From Craspedostauros australis (Eukaryota): a stretch of 34,806 nucleotides of DNA. The notes under the pieces were generated by a model. That model ran no database searches, was not told the origin of the DNA, and saw only the letters and a program-made list of their open reading frames with translations. The translations under genes and the position numbers were made by a program. The DNA lies in contig JALAGF010000584.1 in NCBI GenBank assembly GCA_030167865.1, positions 1 to 34,806 on the forward strand, given 5' to 3'. Shown piece by piece: positions 1 to 9,679 of this stretch. The first letter of the stretch is position 1; each line of letters begins with the position of its first letter.

Positions 1-515
1 GACTCCGATCGTTTCTGATTGTTTCTTCGCCGATCACTTCACCGGCTTCCTGGATGTTCCTCATACCAGGTTCGTTCACAGGCCATCTCATACTTCGTGA
101 TGTTGGCCTTCCTCCAGTACTCTTATCTCATTGGTTGCGACGTGGGGGCCGTAGTCGCTCGTATCGTGACGTTGGTCACGATTCCAACATCCCCGCCCCC
201 TGCGACATACACGTGTGATTCGCATTCCTGCATTGGAGTCATGAACGTCAGGCATGGTTCGCATTCGGCACGTGGCATTCTCCACCGCGGGTTACGTGCA
301 GCTCACATTTTTCTGTGTCACAATGATCAAACGTGGGAGTTGCGGTAATGTAGAATATCCCCACGTTCGGCTCCTTACTCTTGGGAGGTGCGGCAATATG
401 GTGTTTCAGAACACCCGATTCCTGACAACTACCATCATGTTCGTACTCTAGTATCACCTCAAACTAGTATTCTCATTAGTCGTGTCTTGGTAGAGCTAAA
501 CTAGCATCGGTAGTA

Positions 516-732
516 GTATGGGGGAGACTTTCCTGGCACTCAGGATCCAAATGTCGGAGGGGCCCACATCCGCTCCCGTGGTTTGGCCCGCACAGGTGCG
601 TTGCAGCGAACGGGGAGTGCGGGGAGAGGAGGGGCCCATGCCTCAGAACGCACAGAGCCACTGTTCCCCCGTACCCACTGCGCAGGCCATCCCATGAGGG
701 ATATTCCAATTGAGTGTCTCTCTCCCCCGTAC
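516..732. mobile_element. Possible short MITE-like element (Tc1/mariner style, TA-flanked)
   Basis: Inverted ends GTATGGGGGAGA (516-527) and TCTCCCCCGTAC (721-732) match at 11/12, and the mismatch is a CpG>TpG change. A second TCCCCCGTAC occurs at ~665-674. Confidence 0.3.
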
Positions 733-768
733 CATACGTATCCAGAGTCGTTTCATCGCAAGACTTTA

Positions 769-3700
769 CTATTGCTTTATTTCCATGCCGTTGCCATCGC
801 CATCGCCGTTGCCATTGCTGGTGCCGCTGCCGTTGGAGCCTTCGACCAACCAGGGTCGTTCCTCCACGTATTTGGCAAGCAATGGTTTGGCGAATTGGTA
901 GCTCGTCTCTACGATCTCTTCGAATTTGTCGTATTCCAACGTCCCTATGTGCCCCACAGGAGGCATGAGATCGAGATCGGAAAACGATTTCACGCGTTGC
1001 ATGTGATGATCTGACGATGCCCACACTAGGAGGCCGTTCAGGTCCATCATGGACGGCACGACGACCGTCTTGGCGAATGGATTGAGGCTGTTCCACAGCA
1101 ACCACCAACCACTCAGACTGGTGCCGTAGTCATGGTATTCTCTTTCGCTCTCTGGGCTGACGTCGATCGAAATGACTGTCTTGGCGCCCATGGTGTTGCG
1201 CATCACGTCGGCTGGCAGGGCGTTCATGTAGCCCCCGTCGACGAGGTACTTGCCGTCTTCGGCGACGGGCGGGAGGTAGCCTGACAGCGACATGCTAGCC
1301 TGGACGTATTTCCACAGGCACCCCTTGCGGTGGACCAGTTGCTCGGGCTTGAGCAGATCGACAGAAACGCAGAAGAATTCGAGGGCCAGATCCTGGACTC
1401 GCTTCGTGGGTCCCAGGAGCTTCCGGATCGTTCTGCTGAACATGAAGCCGCTGAAGGTGCTGACCATCGGCAAAGTGAGGTCGAACAGCTTCTCTTGCAC
1501 GCTCGACATCTTCTCCGACATGTCACGGCACGCCGCGTACATGAAATCGTAATTGTCAGGATGCTGCGCCAGCAGCGCACCAACGAATGCGCCCTGCGAC
1601 GTCCCACCGACGATGTCGACCGTCACGCCAAGTTCGAGCAGTGCTCGGTACACGCCGAGATGGGCTAGGCCTCTGGCACCTCCGCCACCCAACACCAATC
1701 CCAACGAATTGCCGCACACCCGTCGGCTCATCCGAGCAAAGTCCAGCTGATGCTTGGAGAATGGTTTTCGGATCAGATGATGACCGGCGATCCATTTCCT
1801 CTTCTCGCTCCAGGTGTTGAGATCCTCGGCAACGTCCTCGTTCCGTTTCTTCATCAATCGGATTCTGGATCGTCGTCGACGTTGCTGCTGCTTCTTCTGC
1901 TCTTCGTCATCTTGCCCCACGACCACAAGATCGATGCGAACATGCATGCTCTCGAAGGCCCATACCAGGGACTGCTTGAGCCGTCCAAGATCTGGTGCCT
2001 TGTTGGCATCTACGAGCACCAGGATGCTGTCAGCCTGCTGGATACACACCTTCGTCCACCACGTGTATCGGGCGTCAGCCTTGTACAGAACGAGACGATT
2101 GTTTTCTTCCATGTCGGCCAGGAATCGCGTCATGCGGACATCGTACAGCGCATTCTGTCCTTTCTTCGGCGGCGCACCGATGGCGCTTTTCACTATTTGC
2201 TTCGTGAGCAGTCGGCACGGAGCGTTCTTGCCAAAGGCTGCGACCATGTGGCGCAGCAAGGTCCCGCAGTCCTTCGTGTCTTCCATCAGCGGGATGACGG
2301 CGACTGTCGCAACCTTCAGGCCGTAGCTTGGGAGGGGACCCAGCGCCGCGTCCATCTTGGGCTTGCCAGCCTTGTTGGTTTGCTGGATCTGCGATGCGAT
2401 TGCGCGTGCAAAGTACAGCCCGGCCGATGGATGCTCATTGATGATGACGAGCATGGTGCGGAGCGGGACGCTGACGAATTCACTCTTGCGGATGGCGTAC
2501 AGGTCGAACGGCCAATGGCCGGAAGTGAGACATTCCACCTTCCCTACCATCTTGCCACGTCCGAACTCTTTGTCCTTGACTCCGTCGTGGACCATCTTCC
2601 GGTCCCCGCTATGGCTGGCGCGCAAGCGTCCGTTCAACACGACGTACATGGAATCGCACGACATGCCCTCCGTGACGATGGTATCGGCCGACTCCGCATA
2701 ATGCCAATTGCAAGACCACAGCAGCAAATGGACGGCGGAAGGGATGCGCTGCAGGATGGATTCCAGAGACAAAACCATGACGTGCGATGGGTTTTGCATG
2801 AGGAGGCTGTGGAAGACGCGGCGTGGAATTCGCAACAACGATGCAGCGGCGGTGGTTTTGGTGTTACGAACGGTGAACATGCTCAGATCGTGCGTGAAGC
2901 AGACGTACTCCCCAAGGATGTCACCGGGATTCAGCGTCTCGTGATGAGTGAAGGTCCATATCAAGGCGGACTCCATCTCGCCCGTTTCCGTCATCGTTGG
3001 TTGCCCGTAATGCGGCACCAAAATCCCTGACTCCACCGACCCACGCAATAGGAGGTAGCAGTACTCGTGATTGTCTCCAGCCTGGATGAGGGTTTCGTTC
3101 GGCTCGGACAGCGTGACGATGTCAGCAGTCGCCTTGACGAGAGCCGAAGCGTTGGCCGAAGATGCGATACCGAAGTGTGTCAGGAACTCATCGCACGCCT
3201 CGTGGAATATTTGTTTGTTCGCCTTTGCGTCATGGATCGTGTGCTTCTTCCATCCCGCGATTCTGCGCAAAGTTCGGTCGGAATGTACCTTGGCGGTTGG
3301 CGTTTGCAAGAGCTCCTTCCTCATGCCCAGCGTGTTGATCAAGCACTGCGTCGTCAAGCGCTGGGCCTGCAGCAGGATGGTTTGCGCGATGCGGTGCACG
3401 TTGGTGGGGAACATCTGGCAGATTTGGGAGAAGCAGGATGGTGGGACACGAATGAGCTGGACGGGCTCATCCGACGCCGCCACGCTGATTTGATGCGCGA
3501 AGTCGAGAACGTCGCTTTGGGGGTCATCGTGCTGCATCTTTTCATGCTGCACCATGCCAGCCAGCATGGTGACAAGGGAGGTCACCATCTGCCCGGCTTC
3601 GCGCGTGACGCCGTACACGCCGGGATACTCAGGCAGATCCTCCGGCGACGTCGGTTCGTCGTGTGGCAACTTCATGGAATGGAATCGGCAACGGACCTTG

Positions 3701-5256
3701 CCGCTCATGACGGCGTACAGCGATCCATCCAACGGTTTGTCGCCAGTGTTGTCGAATAGCACTTCGTGCGGTTCGAGCTGCACCATCTGGACCTGCTGGA
3801 TGCAGATCTTCATGGCATCGGCGTTGAGGTACGCAAAGATCTTGAACTTCTTCATGAGCTTGTAAAGCTCGAGCTGCTTTCTGCTCGTCGATGCGAATGA
3901 TGACGACGCTTCTGCCGACTCTGGCGCCCGTGCATGATGGTTGTCATCGCTGTTCCAATCATCGTCGGAAAAGTCATCCTGCCCGAAATCCGAAAATTGC
4001 AGCAGCACGTCATGTTCCGAGGCGGCATCCATTTCGGTCGTGATCGTCACATCCTCGTCCGATTCCTGATCGGTGATATGCGATCGCAACAGCGTCTGGT
4101 AGCTCTGTCGTCGCGATCGGCGTCTGGACTGCCGTATGATGGATTTGCGACGATCCTGGGAGGTTGATCCGCGTCTGTCCTGCATCGCGCTCATATCAAG
4201 GCGAACGTGCGGGCTTTCCGCCAGCGATCTTTCATTGCGCGCAACATCGCCGGCTCCAGAATCCGCGCTGCTCGTCGAACTGTCGTCAGCGTGATTTTCT
4301 GGGTCCATGGCGCTGTCATGATCGCTGTCCAGACCGTCGTCGTCGTCGTCGTCGTCATCATCAGTGGCGCCATTGCTGGTGCTGTACTCGTTGGCGCAGC
4401 TATCATCCGCATCGTAATCGGAATGCTGTTCGGAGTGAGGCGAGGACAGATCGGTGATGGCATTGTTGAGCTGCCTCTTCTGCCGATTGCGTCGACGTCG
4501 CAATCGACGTTGCTTGCGCCGTTTGTAATTGATGCGCGATCCTTTGGTGGGACGGATGTGGGTCTGCCGATTGAGAATCCAAAATATGAGGCTGACGGAG
4601 AAGATCACGACTGGCAGCAAGGTGATCTCCACGAGGAAGAGGGAACGAAAATGCCAGCCCGTGGTGGAGGTGACGGTGGTGGTTTGTGTCGAGGCGATTC
4701 CATTTGATGTGGATTCGTGCAGCGTGTTTGCGTGGGCATCGGCGTCGTTAGTGGCGCCAGCGATGATTGTGGCATCCCTTGCACCTTCCATCTCCACGCC
4801 TGCGTCCAATATGGGCAGTCCAGTCATGTTGCGAGGTGAAGCGTCCGTTCCATCTGGGTGAACGCCAAGTTCTGTGTTGGATTCCTGGGTCGAGACCGCA
4901 TCTGGCGGTGCCATCATGGTCGTCGTCGTGGTGGTGGTAGTGGTGGTCATGTTCTTGATGATGTACGTGTTAATGGCTTTGCGCAATTGCTGCACAGCGA
5001 CGTCCTTGGCCTTTCCTGCAGCTGCTTTGGCCTTGTCTTTGGCATCATCAGGGAATAGCCCTTTGCCGTTCATGTTGCGCTTGCCATTCGTGTTGGTGTT
5101 AGTGTTAGTCTTCGTGTCGGTGTTCGTGTCAGGCATTCCTGTGGAAGTGGAAGTCGACGTGGAAGTCGAAGCGACGGTGCCATCCATAGCAACGTCTGCG
5201 GTCGCTTCTTCCATTGTCGCGTCACCATTCGATTGCTTTGCGAGATCGGGAGTCAT
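769..5256 (-). CDS. NTE1: Patatin-like phospholipase of the neuropathy target esterase (NTE1/PNPLA6-7/SWS) type, with cyclic-nucleotide-binding-like domains
   Basis: Uninterrupted ~1495-codon ORF, first ATG at 5256 (track starts at GTG 5265). One hydrophobic segment (SLFLVEITLLPVVIFSVSLIFWIL) is followed by a basic then an acidic tract. Three cNMP-like segments (SLYAVMSGKV, YCYLLLRGSV...PGDILGE, SMYVVLNGRL...GRGKMVG). Patatin motifs GLVLGGGGARG, GTSQG and LVDGGY, plus NTE-typical WTKVCIQQAD and DFARMSR. Confidence 0.93.
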   Translation of the reverse strand: MTPDLAKQSNGDATMEEATADVAMDGTVASTSTSTSTSTGMPDTNTDTKTNTNTNTNGKRNMNGKGLFPDDAKDKAKAAAGKAKDVAVQQLRKAINTYIIKNMTTTTTTTTTTMMAPPDAVSTQESNTELGVHPDGTDASPRNMTGLPILDAGVEMEGARDATIIAGATNDADAHANTLHESTSNGIASTQTTTVTSTTGWHFRSLFLVEITLLPVVIFSVSLIFWILNRQTHIRPTKGSRINYKRRKQRRLRRRRNRQKRQLNNAITDLSSPHSEQHSDYDADDSCANEYSTSNGATDDDDDDDDDGLDSDHDSAMDPENHADDSSTSSADSGAGDVARNERSLAESPHVRLDMSAMQDRRGSTSQDRRKSIIRQSRRRSRRQSYQTLLRSHITDQESDEDVTITTEMDAASEHDVLLQFSDFGQDDFSDDDWNSDDNHHARAPESAEASSSFASTSRKQLELYKLMKKFKIFAYLNADAMKICIQQVQMVQLEPHEVLFDNTGDKPLDGSLYAVMSGKVRCRFHSMKLPHDEPTSPEDLPEYPGVYGVTREAGQMVTSLVTMLAGMVQHEKMQHDDPQSDVLDFAHQISVAASDEPVQLIRVPPSCFSQICQMFPTNVHRIAQTILLQAQRLTTQCLINTLGMRKELLQTPTAKVHSDRTLRRIAGWKKHTIHDAKANKQIFHEACDEFLTHFGIASSANASALVKATADIVTLSEPNETLIQAGDNHEYCYLLLRGSVESGILVPHYGQPTMTETGEMESALIWTFTHHETLNPGDILGEYVCFTHDLSMFTVRNTKTTAAASLLRIPRRVFHSLLMQNPSHVMVLSLESILQRIPSAVHLLLWSCNWHYAESADTIVTEGMSCDSMYVVLNGRLRASHSGDRKMVHDGVKDKEFGRGKMVGKVECLTSGHWPFDLYAIRKSEFVSVPLRTMLVIINEHPSAGLYFARAIASQIQQTNKAGKPKMDAALGPLPSYGLKVATVAVIPLMEDTKDCGTLLRHMVAAFGKNAPCRLLTKQIVKSAIGAPPKKGQNALYDVRMTRFLADMEENNRLVLYKADARYTWWTKVCIQQADSILVLVDANKAPDLGRLKQSLVWAFESMHVRIDLVVVGQDDEEQKKQQQRRRRSRIRLMKKRNEDVAEDLNTWSEKRKWIAGHHLIRKPFSKHQLDFARMSRRVCGNSLGLVLGGGGARGLAHLGVYRALLELGVTVDIVGGTSQGAFVGALLAQHPDNYDFMYAACRDMSEKMSSVQEKLFDLTLPMVSTFSGFMFSRTIRKLLGPTKRVQDLALEFFCVSVDLLKPEQLVHRKGCLWKYVQASMSLSGYLPPVAEDGKYLVDGGYMNALPADVMRNTMGAKTVISIDVSPESEREYHDYGTSLSGWWLLWNSLNPFAKTVVVPSMMDLNGLLVWASSDHHMQRVKSFSDLDLMPPVGHIGTLEYDKFEEIVETSYQFAKPLLAKYVEERPWLVEGSNGSGTSNGNGDGDGNGMEIKQ

Positions 5257-6313
5257 GATCGACACGTGGCAATACGAGTACTCGTATGATGTAATATGTT
5301 ACGATAGTGTGCACAGTAAGATGCTCTGAGTATGCTCTGGCTACACTCGTATTGTTGTTGTTGTGCGCAATGTGCTGAGAGGTTGATGATACTCGTATTC
5401 TGAGATTATGATGACTGCCGGCCTCTCCAGAATCCCGACCAAGCGAGCGAGTGCGTGCCTTCTCCGATGCCTGCCTTTGATACTCGTAATACTCGTCCTG
5501 TGATACTGAGGCCGAGGCTGACACCAAAAGAGTGCAGATGTCGCAGATGCATCGATGCTTCGCCAGCCACCGCGCACCCTGCGAGGTCTCAACAGGGAGG
5601 CTGTCGAATTGGTGTCAACCGGTGATGTGACTTGCGTGATTGCGGCACTTTTCGGCAATAGCGGAATACGTGAACTTGTGTGTGCAACGCGATTGAATCG
5701 TATCCTTGCTGTGATTCCGATTGCTCGTATTGGTACTGTACGAGTATCACCGGTGAGAGAAGGATCCCATTCCGATGCGCCAACATCATACATCGTTGGA
5801 AACACCTTCCTTCCTTCTTTCTCCCTTTGACATCGCACTTGACGCCGTCAGTGGTTGACATCAACAAAAAAGGAGAAGAAAAGAACAATCCAAGAACATG
5901 ACCCCTTTCGACAAGGTTGTTCGCGCGCAATTCTTCGCCATAGTCTGTCCGTCGTCGGTGCATCGCGTGGTTTGAAGTTGTATCATTTTGCCCCTCTGTC
6001 TTCGTTGTTGTAGACTAATGCATACCCACACACAGTCTGTTCGATCGGAGTCGACGACGGGCGAGACGTCGTGTCGACCAGCGAGTGCATCATGAATAGT
6101 AGTCGAGCAGAGGAGAGCACTTTGTGGGCATTGTATCTCTAACTTGACGATACACGTAGGTGTACAATTCAAATCAGAATGCAAAACAGCGCGACACTCG
6201 CACTGTCGTAGGCGTATGGTATGCATCATTGTAACAGTACTGCACTATACTACTAATCGCAGTGTAGCTCGGTCTGCAGCAAAGCATATGTCCTACACTG
6301 CATTCCTATCCAC

Positions 6314-7672
6314 CTATTCCTCCGGATACTTGCACCCGCATCGCTTGAAATAGTTCTTGTACTGCCGCGATACGGTCTTGAACGCGGTACCGTGCGATGC
6401 CGGTGAAGTCTGTGGCAGCTGCACCAGCGTCACATTCTCGTGCGTGAGCCTGCCTTGCGTGGCGAGGATCATGTTGCCTTGGCTCACGTCCTCATCGGGA
6501 TAGAACAGGGATTTGCGATTCTGCAACGACGTGCCGTCGAGGTAGGCGTACCGCGCCGTGGCCTGCGACATGAAGTAGCAGCCGCCCAAAGCGTAGGCCG
6601 GCGTTTTGAACAGCGGATTGTCGCAGACCTTCTTCCAGTACGATTTGCGGCAGACCGTGCGCGTGATGAACCAACCCAAGTAGACGTAAGTTTGGCTCAG
6701 CTGCGTCTCGATTGACCGAAGGTATCCCCAGAACCGATCGACGAACATGATGGCGTCGCTGTCGAGCTTGCCGACGTACTGGATGTTGAGATCCTGGCGT
6801 TCCAATGCGACCAACGCGGCGGCGTACGTGAACCACGCCTCGCTCTTGCCGTCGTTGGCATTCTCGCGCACGCTGAGGAAGGTGATGTCATTGTGCGTCG
6901 CGATTTCTGTGGGATCGGAGTAGTTGTACTGCGGAGATGCGACGATGTAGCCATCGGCCTTGTCGCCGCATTCGGGGTAGTAGCAGACGGGTGGTTGCGT
7001 CTTGGGATCGCCGCCGCCCATGACGAACGTATACACGAAGAGACAGGCTCTGGGATCCGCCTGTAACGTCGTGTTGGCAAGCAGCTGATTCAAGCTGCAT
7101 ATCGTCTTCTTTTCCTCCTCATGGATGACCGGCTCGATGGATTTGGTGTAGTAGGAGAGGTACGTCTGCCGTATGTTGTCGCGCTGTACTTTGGCCTCAT
7201 CATTGTCGTAGGTGAAGATCCCAAAGAGATACCGTCGACTCGACAATGGCGGTCGCAGTCCATCTTCGCCCTTCTCCTGCAAGACGGGCTGTTCGGGCGT
7301 CGGTTGCACAATGTTTAACGTCGGCACTCCTCGTCGCTCGGGCATTGGTGGTTCTTGCGTCGTCTTCGTCTTCGTAGTCATAGCAGAGGAAGTTGTGGTC
7401 GTCGCCTTCGTGGCAGCTGTGGTCGCAACAGTTGTGGTGGTGGTCTCTTGTACAATCTTTGGCTGTTTCATTTCTTCCGATGGGGGCATTTCTGGCCGCA
7501 GTTTCGAGACTGCCATGGCCTCGTGCTGCGCAATTATCTGATGGACGTCTCCCATCCTGCTGTGCAAGAGGTAGCCGCTGATGCAAGCAAAGGTCACCAA
7601 CATGGCGACCATGATGGGGAAGGCCATCTGCCTGCTGTTGGCCTTGCTTCGTTTCGTTGTGCGGCGCGCCAT
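6314..7672 (-). CDS. Type II membrane glycosyltransferase, GT31 (beta-1,3-galactosyltransferase)-like; paralog A
   Basis: Probable ATG at 7672 (MARRTTKRSK, matching the paralog's MAQRTRHK). Basic cytoplasmic tail, one TM helix and a Thr-rich stem. Catalytic region has R..IR.TY, EN.NDGK, YVGKLDSD (DxD), YALGGCYFMS and EDV, all GT31-style motifs. Confidence 0.78.
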   Translation of the reverse strand: MARRTTKRSKANSRQMAFPIMVAMLVTFACISGYLLHSRMGDVHQIIAQHEAMAVSKLRPEMPPSEEMKQPKIVQETTTTTVATTAATKATTTTSSAMTTKTKTTQEPPMPERRGVPTLNIVQPTPEQPVLQEKGEDGLRPPLSSRRYLFGIFTYDNDEAKVQRDNIRQTYLSYYTKSIEPVIHEEEKKTICSLNQLLANTTLQADPRACLFVYTFVMGGGDPKTQPPVCYYPECGDKADGYIVASPQYNYSDPTEIATHNDITFLSVRENANDGKSEAWFTYAAALVALERQDLNIQYVGKLDSDAIMFVDRFWGYLRSIETQLSQTYVYLGWFITRTVCRKSYWKKVCDNPLFKTPAYALGGCYFMSQATARYAYLDGTSLQNRKSLFYPDEDVSQGNMILATQGRLTHENVTLVQLPQTSPASHGTAFKTVSRQYKNYFKRCGCKYPEE

Positions 7673-8239
7673 TGTACGCTGTGTGTTGTTGGCGTTTCTG
7701 TCGGCGTTGCTGCTCTGTAACTGGCCAAGATGAAGATGTTGTTGATGTTGTTGATGTCGCTTTCTTACTTGCGTTGATGAGAAGAACGATGGTGATGATG
7801 AACGAGTGTGGTTGTGTGATGTGTGTCGGTCATTGTTTCTGTTCCCTGTTTGTGGAAATCTCAACGGTCGCCACTTCCTGGTTGTCCAATCACATGCAGA
7901 GAATGGAGAACTGCAAGATGTGCGTGCAGATTGTGGGTCGTCAGCGATAGGAACTTACCAACCAATGCCACTCCACTCTCCTCCACTCCACTCCACTCCA
8001 TTCTCATGTACAGACACGACGATCTACGTAATCGTGCCATACTCTATCTGTCACAAATACAAATGGTGTGTCATAACTGTCAATATGCATAGTGGTCATC
8101 TATGCATATTGACAATAACTGCGTGAACTACGAGAATAACAGTCTATTATATGAACATTGTACCGTACTCCATTGTTTGGAAACAGGCCGAATTTGAAGC
8201 AACCTCCTTTTGCCATGACAAGCACCAATACATACATCA

Positions 8240-9679
8240 TCACTTCGTCGGCCAATCCTCGGCCGTCGCCATCATCTCCTTCGTGTTGTTGTACAAACAC
8301 CCACACCGCTGGAAGTAGTTCTTGTACATTCGGCGCGGCGTCTTTTGACCAGCATGCGACGCCGGCGACTGCGGTGGCAGCTGCATCAACGTGATGTCGT
8401 CCACCGTCACGTTGCTATCGTTGCCCAGCATCATGTTGCCCTGACTCATGTCTTCATGATGCGGAAAATGCAACGACCGACGATGGTCGGACGACGATCC
8501 GTCGAGGTAAGCGTTGCGCAGCAGGGCCTTGGAGATGATGTAGGTACCGCCCAAAGCGAATTTGGGGGCCTTGAACAGCGGGTCCTTGCAGAGGTTGTCC
8601 CAGCGCCCCGTCGAACATTGCTTCTTGGTGACGAACCATCCCAGCAGCACGTACTTGTCGCGCAGCTGCCGTTCGTTGTTGTGCGTGTAGTTCCACAGTC
8701 GATTGACGAACATGATGGCGTCGCTATCGATCTTGGCCGCGTACTGGATGTTGAGATCTTCGCGGTCCAGCGCGATCAGGGCGGCGGCGTACGTGAACCA
8801 CGTTTCCGATTTGCCGTCGTCGGCATTCTCCTTGACGGTGAGGAAGGTGAGATCATTGTGCGTTGCGATCTCGTTGGGATCGGAGTAGTTGTTGTTGGGG
8901 AACGCGACGATGTAGTCATCAGCCTTGTCGCCGCATTCGGGGTAATAGCAGACGGGCGGTTGCGTCTTGGGATCCCCGCCGCCCATGACGAAGGTGTAGA
9001 CGAAGAGACAGGCTCTGGGATCCGCCTGTAACGTCGCGTTGGCAAGCAGCTGGTTCAAGCTGCATATCGTGTTGCGTTCGGATGGGTGGATGGTGGGCTG
9101 GATCGACTTGGTGTAGTACGAGAGGTATGATTTGCGAATGCCCTCTCGGTGCAGTCTCGCGTTGGGGTTGTCATACGAGAAGATTCCGAAGAGATATCTG
9201 CGGGGAGACAACAGCGGTGGCAACGTGTTGTTGCCCATCATGCTAGTCGTGCTGTTGGTCTCTCCTCCTGCTCCTTCTCCTATTCTCTGTTCTTCTCCGA
9301 TAGCTTCCACCGCCGACGCTGTTGTCGCAGCTGTTGTCGTTTCAGCTTTTGTGGTGGTTGTTTCTGCCGTCGTTGAGGCTGGCGTAGTAGTTGTAGTTGT
9401 TGTTTCTATCGCCACCGTCGACGGAACTGAATCTGCGATCGAGGATGGCTCATGCTGCACCTGCGGTTCCAGCGGCAATCCTTCGCCCAAATTCATCTCC
9501 GCCTCGGCTGCCTTGAGAGATAATTCAGAAGCATTGATTTGTCGGTACGAGAGGAACGCGTGGATCATCACGAAGAGTGTCAAGACGGCCATCAGCACCA
9601 GCAGCCTTGCGTTGGTGCCATCGGTCTTGCGCTTCCTCGAGCCTGATTTGCGGTTCTTGTGTCTTGTGCGTTGCGCCAT
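8240..9679 (-). CDS. Type II membrane glycosyltransferase, GT31-like; paralog B (tandem duplicate)
   Basis: 479-aa ORF with the same architecture as paralog A. Motifs YAAKIDSD, FALGGTYIIS and HEDMSQGNM. Aligns by eye with paralog A across the whole catalytic domain, ending NYF.RCGC.Y. Confidence 0.8.
   Translation of the reverse strand: MAQRTRHKNRKSGSRKRKTDGTNARLLVLMAVLTLFVMIHAFLSYRQINASELSLKAAEAEMNLGEGLPLEPQVQHEPSSIADSVPSTVAIETTTTTTTPASTTAETTTTKAETTTAATTASAVEAIGEEQRIGEGAGGETNSTTSMMGNNTLPPLLSPRRYLFGIFSYDNPNARLHREGIRKSYLSYYTKSIQPTIHPSERNTICSLNQLLANATLQADPRACLFVYTFVMGGGDPKTQPPVCYYPECGDKADDYIVAFPNNNYSDPNEIATHNDLTFLTVKENADDGKSETWFTYAAALIALDREDLNIQYAAKIDSDAIMFVNRLWNYTHNNERQLRDKYVLLGWFVTKKQCSTGRWDNLCKDPLFKAPKFALGGTYIISKALLRNAYLDGSSSDHRRSLHFPHHEDMSQGNMMLGNDSNVTVDDITLMQLPPQSPASHAGQKTPRRMYKNYFQRCGCLYNNTKEMMATAEDWPTK

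Noticed and set aside
1750-3759. Long + strand ORFs (426 aa, 230 aa)
   Set aside because: These are antisense shadows of the NTE gene's biased codon usage.
7673-7864. N-terminal extension of GT paralog A from the non-ATG start at 7864
   Set aside because: It is low-complexity leader sequence; the ATG at 7672 matches the start of paralog B.
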